DNA of 62,974 nt, filler included, from Octopus bimaculoides (lineage: Eukaryota), in the NCBI RefSeq assembly GCF_001194135.2. It is 5 parts of 4 records of this genome, joined end to end, with 100 filler letters (N's around TTAATTAATTAA, not from the genome) between each part and the next. Parts side by side here need not be neighbours in the genome. Positions count along the whole stretch, not along the records: positions 1 to 7,807 come from NC_068981.1; positions 7,908 to 14,142 come from NC_068981.1; 3 more parts are not named here. One strand, written 5' to 3'. The notes beneath the pieces are model-generated. The model worked only from the letters and a program-made list of their open reading frames with translations. It had not been told where the DNA came from and ran no database searches. The translations under genes were made by a program, and so were the position numbers. Of the stretch, positions 1 to 14,142 are shown one piece after another; the first letter of the stretch is position 1; every line of letters begins with the position of its first letter.

Positions 1-40
<40 letters not shown>

Positions 41-806
41 CTTCGAAGTCACAGTCAACCTTTTCCTTCTAAAAGTTTAGTAAGCAGGCTGTCAGCTAAA
101 AGCATTTGAGTAAGCGTTCAGTTTAAAGCTAAACTGTTTTATAAATATATAAACTTGATATAAAGACACATTATTGTATACTTACACACCGTGTGTGTGT
201 GTGTTGATGGTGATGGGTACTGCAATTTGTCAGTTTGGGAATCGCTGCTAAAAGGAAGACCTCGTGGGTAAGGCATTGCTGCTCTACATAATAATCATCG
301 GTTTTTGAGATCAAATCTTCTGAACACATTGTTTTGTGTCTATTATTAGCCTCAAGACAAATGATTCCCCAAAATAGGGAGAAGATCGCCTGGCGACGGC
401 GTTGTCGCCAGTATAGCGCGTTCCATTTGTGAATCTTTTTCGCTACTCTGCCCCTACCACCTCCCTCCTTCTCTCTCTCTCTCTCATCTTCTTCCCGCCA
501 TCAAACTAAAACTTTTACCGCTTAAAAAGGATCTTTAATGGTCAAGTTCCATTTCCATTAATAGCTTCCTTTCAATTTACAGTTTGTTATTAGATCTGTG
601 TGTATTTAGGGATCTGCTGAATGTAGAAGTTGTGAGAGTTCAATTATTTGTCTATTTATGGCTAAAACCGAACTAATCTTACGAATTCTTTTAACTGTTT
701 GTTTGTCTCTCCAAATGTAGGCACACACCAACATCATCATCACCATCATCAACACGGTATTATTATTATTAGAATAAGAATTGCTTATGTCTTGCATTCT
801 TCCTGT

Positions 807-1043
807 CTATTTGCAAACATAACCTATTTTGATATCTTCATAATATTTATACAACTCTTCCGATTCTTTTACAGAGACGCCTGTTGGGATTAATTCATAT
901 ATTAAGCCAGAGATGGTGCTCTTTATTGTCAATAACAACCTTTTCATTCGACCCATGTCTGTGATAACCAGTATATTCCTCCAGATTATTGTTGTTACGT
1001 TGCCTGTAAACACAGCTTTGTATTTCACGTTGCATACCGCCAT
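807..1043 (-). CDS. Candidate small ORF or first coding exon, product unknown
   Basis: gaagaaATGGCG start in a CpG-rich patch, reading MAVCNVKYKAVFTGNV...EELYKYYEDIKIG. Possible donor after 824, or a stop at 807. No family recognised; could be a chance ORF. Confidence 0.22.
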   Translation of the reverse strand: MAVCNVKYKAVFTGNVTTIIWRNILVITDMGRMKRLLLTIKSTISGLIYELIPTGVSVKESEELYKYYEDIKIGYVCK

Positions 1044-1684
1044 TTCTTCGGTCACGATCCAACAAACAGCCGAGCTCCCATGATTGACAAAAACGCCCAA
1101 ACCCCATTCGAGAGAAAACCGAGTTTTTAATAAGGATAAACTCACCAATATACTGTCCTAAGTACCCACCTCACGAATCTGTTGTTTCATCGTGACTCAA
1201 GTCTTTTCTACTCTAACGGTTTCTCCTTCCACTAAGCCACTACTCCCTCTCAAATACGCTTCATGCGCGGATTTCTTCCGATACCTTTTTTTAAATCCCT
1301 ATTGCGATGATGCTCTATAAAAGAGGTTCTCATCCGGGGTCGCCATAAGACGCTTGGGGTTCAGATAAGATTGTTGTCGTTAAAATTTATGTCCAATTAA
1401 CTGGTGAAATTTCTGCAATGCTTAAGATAATTAGTTTTTGTGTGTAATACTTAATAATATTTAATCATAAAAAGATTCTAAGATTTTTTAAACATCAAAT
1501 GGCTCTCATGGGAATAAGTTAGGAATCAAAGGGTGAACAAAATGGCTGTAACCCACTGGTCTATAAAAACTTAGTCCGACCTTTTTTCTGTTGACGACGA
1601 CACCTCTACACTTGTGTACGTGCGCGTTTGTGTACGTGCATGTATGTGTATATTCCTTTCTACTCTTGGCACAATGCCCAACAT

Positions 1685-1864
1685 TTGGGGGAGGGGTCAG
1701 TCGATCACACCGACCTCAGTACGCAATTGGTTCTTAATTCGTCGACCCCGAAAGGATGAAAGGCAAAGTCGACCTCGGCGGAATTCGAACACAGAACTTA
1801 AAGATAAACGAAATACCGCTAAGCATTTCGCCCGGCGTGCTAACGTTTCTGCCAGCTCGCCGCC
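1685..1864 (-). mobile_element. SINE family 2 copy
   Basis: The reverse complement ggcggcgagctggcagaaacgttagcacg...gttcgaattccgccgaggtcgactttgcctttcatcc is tRNA-like. Related copies: ~22040-22215(-), 26150-26280, 50225-50550(-), 50590-50790, 60735-60960, 62800-62974. Confidence 0.8.
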
Positions 1865-2433
1865 ATCCTATGCATGTATATTGTCTTTATTGTCACTGCA
1901 CGAATGTATATTTTGTCTGTTTGTAGCTTGAATCAATGAACTGCGGCCAAACTGGAGTAGCATACTCGCTGGTTGCATACATCAACTCCAGATTTTATTT
2001 CAGTCTGCTAGATGATTTATTCCTCACTAAGTTAAGTTAAGGGTTCCTGACACATTCAGGGATGCGTCTCGACACATTCTTTTAAACACATATGCAATCT
2101 GTGTGACGCGCGTGCGTATGAGTTCCCCAGCCTTGACATAAATGAATTGTTGTAACCGAGCGTGTCTGTCTCACAAATGGTGTTTGTTTCCAATCTTTTG
2201 CGATAGACGTTTTGGGGAATAAGGAAATATTACCTTATTTGGAAACAAAGGTTCACAGCAGGAAAGGCATCCGACCGTCGAAAATTTTCCTCGAAGATTT
2301 TCCGTCAGAATCATACAAGTATAGAAAAGTAAACATTAAAACTATAATGATATATATGCAACGGGGAACGCTGAATACTGCGTCATCGGCCACGTTAAGT
2401 TGGACATAAACATTGCCTTTTGGCACTAATACT

Positions 2434-2539
2434 GCTTCCGGTGCTGGTAGATATAACTATCTCAAAGAAAGCGTGAAGAGATTACAGCTATTTACTTTAT
2501 GTGACAGTTTAGTAAATTAATCCAAGTGTTACTTCCGGT
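2434..2539. promoter_or_regulatory. Pair of ETS/GABP-type motifs in a CpG-rich patch
   Basis: gcttccggt at 2434 and acttccggt at 2531 (reverse complement ACCGGAAGC/ACCGGAAGT). No linked exon was identified. Confidence 0.3.
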
Positions 2540-3270
2540 CTGACAAGATAAAAAAGATTTATTATTTCCTGTTCACGGGGAAACATAGTCCCTGCAGTTG
2601 TACGTAGTCAGGGGTAACACACTGCGGCTTTATTCGTTTCCATTTGTTTTACCACGAAAGTTATTGAAATATGCTTTTTAGGGTGTCATTTGGCATCTAT
2701 TTCTAGCAAAACAAGCGACCCGTAGAGGCTGATTTGTTAACTTGATTTGTAACTTCTCATATCGTGTCACTGTCGTTTACAAGTCTGTTCTGCTTGAGCA
2801 GAGCCGTGATGAATATAGACGTGTGTGTGTGTGTGTGTGTGTGATCTCGATGTTAATTGCTATACGTCAAAGGCAGTTATTTTAGTAACAATACCAATAT
2901 ATTATAAAGTAAAATGTGAGGAAGAAAAGACAGAAACGAAAAAGAGAAAACAAAACCAAACATGGAGTTTCATTGCCTCAGACATTTCAATGCGGCGCTC
3001 ACGAATGTCTATACATACGTCCATGTATTCCTATGGGGGCTATCATGCACTAAAAGCTTCTTAAATTATATATATATATTATCTCTTCGAAACGCCGGTG
3101 TTAAAACGGGGGTAGCTGATGAAGGAGAGTGTTCTCTGTGTGGCTTGTGTGTGTTTTCTTGTCTACGTTTTGTTTGCAATGTCCTGTACCCAGATATGCA
3201 CCTATACATACAGGTGAATGTCGGTATGCACATACCTGTACGTATATATGCATATACTCATTTACTATTT

Positions 3271-3398
<128 letters not shown>

Positions 3399-5323
3399 AT
3401 GCTAAGCCAAAGCAACAGAGTGACTCAAGAGCCGACAGTTTCGTTACAGATCGATGGGTTTCTAAATTTATATACCGGTGATAATCGTATTTCCTTGAAT
3501 AGTTCTAGAACATGTATGTGTGTGTATGTATGTATATGTATGTGTGTGTGTGTATGTATGTATGTTTGTGTATGTGTATGTATGTATGTATGTGTATGCA
3601 TGTATGTATATATGAGGTTATATATGCATTTGTATTATAAATCTGTATGCATATATCTATATCTATATATATATATATATCTATATATATATATACGCGC
3701 GCACACGCACACACAATTGTATTTGTTGTGTTCATATATGCACATGCGCACTCGCACGCATACATACAGTTACGTTTACATTGAAACAAAACATTGTAGA
3801 TACAATAATTTAAGACCAGCCTTCTCTCTTCCTCACTCTCCTTCTCTCTCTCCACCCTTACCTCTTCCATTCCCCCCCTCTCTCTCTATCTATCAACCTT
3901 GGAAATCCGCCAATATTTGTTATCTAAATAACAGGCCAAAGTGAAGCACACACTTCACTCTGTTCCATCTTCGTTTTCCCCTCAACATGGCTCGTGTTTA
4001 TAAAATATATTCTAAACACATTCTTCCAGCCTGTCTCTCTTGAACAGGGGTGAGGAGAGACAGTAGTATTCTCACTGGTCACATTAGTATATGTGGTGTT
4101 GACTTCTACTATAAACTGTTAACTAGGAATCTCTCTCTCTCTCTCTCTCTTCGTTGTTGGCACATTATTTCAACACATCTAACATCGGTTTGACGCAACA
4201 AGAGCTGGAATAAAATTCTTTACGCAAACCCTGCAGTTAATGAACTTCTTTGTTTCTTTGTAGCCAAGTCAGACGGGGGTGGTGGTGAGCAACAACCAGG
4301 ACTTTCTACACATCTTCCAGACTGTTTGCAGGAACGAAAGGTACCACTCTGCTGGAGGTACACAAGGCAAAGCTGGTACTGTTAAAGCAACGCATTAATT
4401 CTCTTCACCTCCCTTTAAGCAGGACCATCCCCGTCAGATGGCCGCACAATTTCTATCTGCCAAAATTCACTGAAAGCTTTTGGCAAACCCGATGCTATGA
4501 TACACTACCTTCTGCATTTCGCACTATTTTGCTCAAATTAATTTATTCAAACCATACACACTGTTTTTACAGTATTTGAGCATCTTACAGCAGCATCCCT
4601 TTTACTTCTGGCTAATCCGATGCGGTCCTTACAAAATTCAATCCATTCTGATTTTCTCTTACCCGCTGGTCTCTCAGTATCTAATCTAAAGAGGTTCTGA
4701 TACCAGCCAAGATATTCTCCATGTTCTCCAAAAGTTATCCAACAATATAGAATGGTTAAAGAATATTCCGACACAACAGAATATTCCCCCACCCTTAGTC
4801 CCATAATGTCTTACTTCGTTTTAGCAGCTCAGGGCCTTGCAAAACCTAAACCCGGCACATGTTATAGTATTGCTGTTTGTGATCCAAAAGTGAACGAAAT
4901 AAACCTTCGTAACTCTTCATCTTGAGGAAATAATTCCAGTCTGAGAAGTTGCCAAATTGCCACTGAATTGCCAATAGTCATTTCTCAACCAAAACCTGGT
5001 TCAGGAAACACACACACACAGACACACACACACACACACACACACACAGGTCGATAAAACCTCTCACGGAAAATCTTCCAGTTGCCTTACAACGTTATAA
5101 TGTACTTTGATTGGCACTATTCTTACCTCTTCTTCCAATAGACTTTCATTTTCTCCTAGCATGTCACATCGACTCAACATGTTGCTTGAAAATGTACACT
5201 ACATCTATACTCTCTCTCTCTCTCTTTCCATATGTACACACACACACACACACACACAGCCATCTTGTATTCAAAATTCAGTTTTAAAGAATCATAAAAC
5301 ATGCCACGTATACACGCGAAAGC

Positions 5324-5420
<97 letters not shown>

Positions 5421-5705
5421 TTTGTATGTCTGTGTGTGGATATTTAGTGTGTATATAAACGAGTTTGTATGTCCGTGTCTGCTCGTTCCTGCATGCATAA
5501 AGAGATTACACTGTAAAGAACAAAAAATATATTTTACTCAAACGGGACAGGTGATGGTTTATTGATCTCTTCATCTATAATGATGGCTACGGGTGAGCCC
5601 CAGGCTAACCTTTATCGTGCAAGAAGATCAATGATCAAAGACGTTACACTATGAATGGCCCAGTTTAGTTTTTCATAGATATATGTCAGGGAATGTATAC
5701 ACACA

Positions 5706-5743
<38 letters not shown>

Positions 5744-7679
5744 TATCACTATCGGCTTCTTTCAGTTTTCGTCTACCAAATCCACTCGCAAGACTTTGTT
5801 CCGCCCGAGGCTACAGTAGAGGGCGCTTGCCTGCGGTGCCGCACAGTGGGACTGAACCCGGAACACGGAATTATCTGGTTGGGAAGCAAACTTCTTAACA
5901 CACAGAAAAGCCTCGTAATTCAGAACACTAATTACCTAGTTGCGTTAGTAATACTAATAACATCTTTAATTAAGTAATTAGAAGTCATGTGATTGGGCGG
6001 AGTAGAAAATATAGCTGCAATGTTTGTTGTACGAAGAACCAAATCTATTGGAACTATATTTTGGTTGAAGGAGAATTGACAGAGAATTATATTCCAATAT
6101 TAAGGGATTTCTCAATAGCATCGGTGAGAGGGGGAAACATACAAAGAGAATAATGATCTTATTTGCAACTTAGAATCCAAAATTTCACCAATTCACAGAA
6201 AGACACAATCATATATGTCACCAACACATTTGCTAATATTACAATTCTTACACACACACATATACAGGGGCACGTTGATGCACGCTCCCCCATCTCCGCT
6301 ACAGCACACACAATAACAAAAACGAAAACGATGGCACACCCTGTATAGTCGCTCGATCTGTTAGAAATGGCAGCAAATTCTGCCTCGAATTTCTGTCTTA
6401 GGAAAAGGATGATGTTGCACTGAATTTCGTTACCAACAAAAGAGTAACAGGCATGACAGTCACGGCTGGATTTTGTGTTTTAAGCCATAGGTCTGCAAGG
6501 GATGTTACATATCAGACACCCCCCACCAACTCTCATAAAAAATAACACAAATGAAATTCCCCGCCTCGTTGATTATTAAGGAAATAAAACAAAACACCCA
6601 ATCGCCATCCGGATAATTCTTTCTTCTTGTGGCGGTGGCGGTGGTGGAGGTGTTTTAAAAGTTTGGAACCGTCTGAATTTATTAAACATGGCATTTTTCA
6701 AACCTCTCAGAGAAACCCCCACACCCTGAGTGGAGGAGGAGGAGGAGGAGGAGGGGAGCCTTGTGAGTAACATTGAACAGCAATAACAGCTACATTCACA
6801 CACAATTCACGCATGCACACACACACACACACACACACACATTCACCACACGGACACAGTCACAGACCGTACATACACACTTTCACACCAAGCATACACA
6901 CACACCCACAGCCCCACTCACATACCCCAAGCTCTTCATTTATTATTACATAAGACAAACATCGTGACAGATAAACTTTACGCAAAAGTTCAAAATTGTA
7001 TTNNNNNNNNNNNNNNNNNNNNNNNNNNNNNNNNNNNNNNNNNNNNNNNNNNNNNNNNNNNNNNNNNNNNNNNNNNNNNNNNNNNNNNNNNNNNNNNNNN
7101 NNNNNNNNNNNNNNNNNNCACATTGAATAAAGACGCCCCCTCCTCTCTTTATCTCTCCCCCTCGCTCTCTCTCCCCTTCTCTCTCACCTCCACTCTCTAC
7201 CCCCTCGCCGCCGCTGCTGGTCTGTTATTCCTGTATTCCGACATATAAAAACCAGCAGGCAACTGCACCGGCTCACTGGTACACACAGCCAGGTATCCCA
7301 GTTTGCCAAGGTAGACGTGACCTACATTCACCTAACTAAACGTTCACCTTATGTTGGCAAAAATATAAACATTTAGAAAGAGAAAACAAAAATGAAATGG
7401 CGATGATGATTATTGTAAATATGATGATGATAATGGTGATCATGGTGGTGTGTGTTTGACATTGTACTGTTGAGAACACAAATATATACTTAAGGTTATA
7501 TTACTGGTACAATTATTACCTATATATACACACACCGGAATATATACAAACCAGCAGATATATATGTATATATATAACAGATACAAAACAGTGGAACGCG
7601 CAGACATACATGCGCATATAGAAGCTCTACATATATTTATGCTGGCGCGCGCGTGTGCGTGCGTTTTACATCCACGTTA

Positions 7680-7724
<45 letters not shown>

Positions 7725-8720
7725 CATACATATACATACATACATATATATATATATACATACACATACATATATGTGCATACATATACATATATATGCA
7801 TATATATNNNNNNNNNNNNNNNNNNNNNNNNNNNNNNNNNNNNNNNNNNNNTTAATTAATTAANNNNNNNNNNNNNNNNNNNNNNNNNNNNNNNNNNNNN
7901 NNNNNNNAGTATATAAATATATATATATATATGTGTGTGTGTGTGTTTGTGTATGTGTTTATATGCTTGTATGTCTGTGTTTGTCCCCCCAACATGGCTT
8001 GACAACCGATGCTGGTGTGTTTACGTCCCCGTAACTTATCGGTTCGGCAAAAGAGACCGATAGAATAAGTATAGGCGTACAAAGAATAAGTCCTGGGCTC
8101 GATTTACTCGACTAAAGACGGTGCTCCAGCATGACTGAAAGAAGTAAAAGAGTAAAAGAGTTGAGGAGTGGAGTCAATATAATCGATAACCCTCTCCCTC
8201 CAAAAACTGTTGGTCTTCGGTCTTAACCAGAAGACTATGCCGTACACATTAAACCTTCTGCATCTCTTCGGTTTCTCTCAATTTTATTCATTCGCTTCTT
8301 TTCTACTCAAGTTGTTGAAGCGGAACTGAAGAGAAATAAGTCAGGCGATAAATAAGAGAATGTAAAATTGATTATTGAACCTAATTATTCAACTAAAGTT
8401 TAGCTTAACTAATAAATTCTTTGAAGATTTTAAAAACAAACTTCCGTTGTACTTCTGAAACATTTTATGTAGGAATTTGGATTTTGACTCATTCAAATTA
8501 GATTTTATTATTTTAAAAAGTTTTACTTACTTTACGCACCAAATTCCAGTTGATGTTATTTAGTTACCATAGTCTAGCAGGCGTCGGTTGTGTGGTAGGA
8601 AGCATGCTTCCCAACTACATGGTTCCGGTTTCTGTCCCACTTGGGCAAGTGTCTTTTGTTATAGCTTCGGGCTAATCAAAGCCTTATAAGTGAATTTGGT
8701 AGACGGAGACTGAACGACGC

Positions 8721-8760
<40 letters not shown>

Positions 8761-8792
8761 TGTGTGTATTATTTATATGTGTGCATGTGTGT

Positions 8793-8831
<39 letters not shown>

Positions 8832-11444
8832 TTTGTGTCTGTAACACCGCTTGACAACTGGTGTTGGCGTGTTTGCGTCCCCGTAACCAAGTGGTTCGTC
8901 AAAAGGATCCGATAGAATAGGTATCAAACTTTAAAATATATAAGTACTGGGATCGATTCATTCACCTAAAAATTCTCCAAGGCGGTGCCCCAGCTTGGCT
9001 GAACTCTAATGACTGGAACAAGTAAAAAATAAAGGATAATTATTCAGCTGCAGCAAATCAACCTCAATGACCCACAGATAATGCTTAATACATATTGCGG
9101 TGTCGCTTTGTTTGTTGCAGAGCACTTAAATTAACATGAAGCATAAGAAAATTGAGCGTTAATGTTTTTAGCATAATTATCTGTGCTTTTATCTATACTA
9201 CATTCTGAGTGGAATATTCTCCAGTCGTATACATATTGTAAGAGTTATCCTGAATGCGAAAATTTTGTTCCAAATGTAAATATTCTTTTATTTTCTTTAT
9301 AAAAGTCTCATGAATGTGATGAAATGACAGAAACTGAGCAATTAAAGTAAAAGAATGTTTATTCCAGCTACCCCCTATACATGTGACAATTAACAAACTA
9401 TTGATAAACAAATAGATTGGGAAATAAGGTAAATACTTCAGATATTCAGTGTAAATATTGGTGGGTATCTCATTCTTCAGATATCTGCAATTCAAAACAT
9501 GGGCTTTTTGTGAAGTGAAATCCAATTAATTTATTCGAATGTTTAAAAAGCGCAATGGCAATAACTTTTGAAAATTTAGTCTTTAAATAATTCATCCGGT
9601 AAGCCAGAATATGTTTAGCGAGAGAATTATGTTCAACGTTACTCTGTGTATTTTTTGCAGCAACATTCTGTCATTGTTTATTTTACAGAATTTCACAAAT
9701 TTCACTCTTTTTTCTTAAAAACAAAAAAGCACTGCAAGAAATATACTAGTGGTGTATTTGTAGCGGTATTGAAGAGGGAGACCTAATATAAAATCAAATT
9801 TAGACGGAATAATAGACTGATAAAAGAGGTGAAGGAAAGATAGAGACACAAAAACAATATGGTGAACAGACAAGGAAATAAAAAAGGTGATTACGAGACA
9901 AAGGCAAAAAAGATTAGAGAAAAGTTGTGTATGTCAGTAGGAGCTCTTTTATTAATTGCTTCTTTTATTAATTTTGGTAAGGTCCCAGGGCTTTCTAGCG
10001 CGAAAGAAAGATATAAAGGAAGTTGTTATTCTTATGAGTTTTCGAATTTGCGTAATTGATGTGGTATAGGCCCTGTCGGTAATCAAAACTATAAATTTGA
10101 CTCGTCAGAATTCTAATTTCACTGCACAACACTCACCTTTTGTTGCTACAACAAAAGCAAAGATTACGTTATTATGAAGAAAAACAATATCACCACCACA
10201 AATGTTCATAATTCTTCCTATATTTTAGCGAATGCCGTAAATTTGCAGAGTAGGAATTCAATCGAGTCTGTCCAAGTAAATAGATAGAACTTAAGTTTTG
10301 AAGTGGTAAGGATGTAACAAAGTCAGCTCGAGTGAAATTTGAACAATGAACATAGATAAAAGAAGGTAATTAATTTCAAGCATTGCACTACAATTTAGTA
10401 TTTCTACAAATCCAGAGAAGCACATGACGAAACGTTATTCCTTAAAAGAAAAATTAACACCAGAAGTATATAAGATATATGCTTAGCAAGTAAAAATTAC
10501 AGCGCTGTGTTTCATGAACAGTGAAAAAATTTGAATGAATAAGTACTGCATGGAAGAGAGTAATCAGAAAAAAAAATTGTTGTTTTAAATAAGAAGCACA
10601 ATATATAATGTTCGGCATCGGGGAAGAAGTGGGATTGGTTGACAGAGAAATCAGAATAAATAATACAAGGAAAGAAAATCCACAAATTTAAAAAAATAAA
10701 TGCAGAGACTGTTTAGTTAGAATTAAGCTGAAGCAGCAAAAAGACAAATGTATATAGTTAAATCTTTAACAGCTAAGAAAAAATGTAAAAAAGGATTAAA
10801 CTGTAACTTAGCCGAAGAAGCATTGAAGAAATTGAGAAGGGTGGAAGTAATATTAGATTTGTAAAAGGTATACAAAAAAAACAAAAAAACAAAGTATGTA
10901 AATGAAAGCAAAGACAAAACTAACAGAAAACAAATAAAATCATTTCATAATCAAGCATCAGAATATAAAATATATATGCTGGCAATTATTATATTAAAAG
11001 TTATCAGGAGCTAATTGGATAAAGTAAGAAGGATTAGTAAGAAAACGTTTAGTTTGATATAGATCCCAAAGATAAATCCCGAAGGAGGGGTATGATATAC
11101 TCAGGAGAACAAGAAAAAGAAGCTGGAGATACCAACATAAACAGAATATATTATTCATATGGTTTACTCAAGTGAGAAAACTATCCGCCCAAAACACCAA
11201 GATACACTAAGAAAACATCAACTTAATACCAAGTACGAAAGGAGACTAGGAAACCATGCGAAGGCAGAGTATGTTGTGATTGGTTAGTAGAGAATACAAA
11301 TGGTTACAATTGATAAACTAGTAATCAAATAAATGTAATTAACCATGCAAAAGACTGCCAGGAATGAGTGAAAGAGGGTTCAAAACAGATCTGTCTAGAA
11401 ATACAGAAACAGGATTTTAAGTCCTATTTCACTAAGCAAACATT

Positions 11445-11765
11445 AGTGGTTAGAGCGACGGGCTCACAATCATAAGGTAGTGAGTTCGATTCTCGGACCG
11501 AGCTGTGTTGTGGTCTTGAGCAAGACACTTTATTTCATGTTGCTCCAGTTCATTCAACTGTAGAAATGAGTTGCGATATCACTGGTGCCAAGCTGTATCG
11601 GCCTTTGCTTATCCCTTGGATAACATCTGTGGCGTGGAGAGGGGAGGCTGGTATGCATGAGCGACTGCTGGTCTTCCATAAACAAACTTGTCCGGACTTG
11701 TGCCTCGGAAGGGAACATTCTCGGTGCAACCCTATGGTCATTTATGACCGAAGAGGGACTTTACC
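11445..11765 (+). mobile_element. SINE family 3 copy (tRNA-like head)
   Basis: tagtggttagagcg...gagttcgattctc (A and B boxes), then cttgagcaagacac. A partial reverse relative lies at ~31440-31590. Confidence 0.75.
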
Positions 11766-12058
11766 AGTTACCCTTAAGTTTCGGGACATAAACATAGGCA
11801 CCGACATTCAAGTGGAATCAGTATAAAAATAGGTGCATTGAAACACCCACTAGCATGCACACACCGTATATGTTTGCATGCATTTATACATATGTATTTA
11901 TCTTTTTTATCATTTTTTCAAGGTTCTAGACAAATAAATCGAGCCTATTAATTATTTTTCCTTTGTACGTATTTCAGATGTATTCCAGTGAACTACAAGG
12001 TTTCGGGGACATAAGCGAAGTAACAATGATTGTCAAGCGGTGATAGGAGATAAACACA

Positions 12059-12116
<58 letters not shown>

Positions 12117-12875
12117 NNNNNNNNNNNNNNNNNNNNNNNNNNNNNNNNNNNNNNNNNNNNNNNNNNNNNNNNNNNNNNNNNNNNNNNNNNNNNNNNNNNN
12201 NNNNNNNNNNNNNNNNNNNNNNNNNNNNNNNNNNNNNNNNNNNNNNNNNNNNNNNNNNNNNNNNNNNNNNNNNNNNNNNNNNNNNNNNNNNNNNNNNNNN
12301 NNNNNNNNNNNNNNNNNNNNNNNNNNNNNNNNNNNNNNNNNNNNNNNNNNNNNNNNNNNNNNNNNNNNNNNNNNNNNNNNNNNNNNNNNNNNNNNNNNNN
12401 NNNNNNNNNNNNNNNNNNNNNNNNNNNNNNNNNNNNNNNNNNNNNNNNNNNNNNNNNNNNNNNNNNNNNNNNNNNNNNNNNNNNNNNNNNNNNNNNNNNN
12501 NNNNNNNNNNNNNNNNNNNNNNNNNNNNNNNNNNNNNNNNNNNNNNNNNNNNNNNNNNNNNNNNNNNNNNNNNNNNNNNNNNNNNNNNNNNNNNNNNNNN
12601 NNNNNNNNNNNNNNNNNNNNNNNNNNNNNNNNNNNNNNNNNNNNNNNNNNNNNNNNNNNNNNNNNNNNNNNNNNNNNNNNNNNNNNNNNNNNNNNNNNNN
12701 NNNNNNNNNNNNNNNNNNNNNNNNNNNNNNNNNNNNNNNNNNNNNNNNNNNNNNNNNNNNNNNNNNNNNNNNNNNNNNNNNNNNNNNNNNNNNNNNNNNN
12801 NNNNNNNNNNNNNNNNNNNNNNNNNNNNNNNNNNNNNNNNNNNNNNNNNNNNNNNNNNNNNNNNNNNNNNNNNNN

Positions 12876-12975
12876 AGAAGAAGAAGAAGAAGAAGAAGAA
12901 GAAGAAGAAGAAGAAGAAGAAGAAGAAGAAGAAGAAGAAGAAGAAGAAGAAGAAGAAGAAGAAGAAGAAGAAGAA
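12876..12975. repeat. (GAA)n microsatellite
   Basis: Uninterrupted GAA run next to a gap. The window also has dozens of (TA)n, (CA)n, (CT)n and (TACA)n tracts, densest at 32500-44000. Confidence 0.95.
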
Positions 12976-13780
12976 TGGGTGTGCGTATGCAGAAGCAGAC
13001 AATGAAATAGAAGGAATATTTGTATCAAGTGATTTCTGAAAATAAATTATGAAGGAAATGTTATCGTTTGTCGTCTGCTTACGCGTACGCATTTTTGCAA
13101 GTGTGTAAGTGTGACGAGTTGTCCATATGTGTATGTGCGTTATTTTGTTTTTCAACATCATTTCCGGTTCAGTGGAAATCTGTTATTTGCTAGACGTAAA
13201 CAATGTGTTTGAGATATTCAGTTGATTAGAGCATATTATACGTCGTTGGATATGTTTGGACTTTAGAAAGTGACAGAAAGAAATGATATGACTGAAGGTT
13301 GTCATGTGAATGTGTATATGAAAAGGAAAGCTGAATTGATGTATACAGAAACTGAGAGGCAGATAAGATGAAGAAAACGACGGAGTAAATTTGTGAAGTA
13401 ATAGGAGGAGGCTGAAAAATAATGTATGGCGCGAACGACGGGAAGGCAGAAAAATACAGAAGGGTATGATTATAAATACATTCATACATAAATACATACA
13501 TACATGGATACATGCATACCTGCAAACATACATGCATACATACATACATACATAAATACATACATACATATAAAAATCACGCAAATTTACTTACGTACGT
13601 ATATATATATATATATACATATATGATCCAAGAAAGTTAGGGGTTGATGATCCAACCCACTAAGGAATAATATATATCAATATACTGCTGGGAGGGTACC
13701 CAATTATTGTTACACTAGTGTTATACCAAGTGTAATAAGTGGGTGCGGGTAAAAGGTTTTTTTTTACCCTAACTTTATAT

Positions 13781-14103
13781 AGCAATAAGAAAATGGAGGA
13801 GAATATGAGGTACTCATCAACTTGCAGACACTGTATTCTGTTGATTAATCTGTTTATCTTATAACCAAAATGACAATAAAGACAATATGCAGACACTTAT
13901 GACATATCATGTCATATCAACAATTAAGATTTCAAATGTAGTCCATTAAATTTGAAATCTTAATTGTTGATATGACATGGTATGTCATAAGTGTCTGTAT
14001 ATTGTCTTTATTGTCATTTTGGTTATAAAATAAACAGATTAATCGACGGAATACAGTGTCTGCAAGTTGATCAGTACCTCATATTCCCCTCCATTTTCTT
14101 ATT

Positions 14104-14106
<3 letters not shown>
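13781..14106. repeat. Long palindrome: 157-bp arms, 12-nt spacer
   Basis: 13781-13937 is the reverse complement of 13950-14106 with 7 mismatches by my count and no indels. Confidence 0.95.

Positions 14107-14142
<36 letters not shown>

Noticed and set aside
11978-12043. Acceptor plus short ORF MYSSELQGFGDISEVTMIVKR
   Set aside because: Most of it is the reverse complement of the family-1 SINE body.
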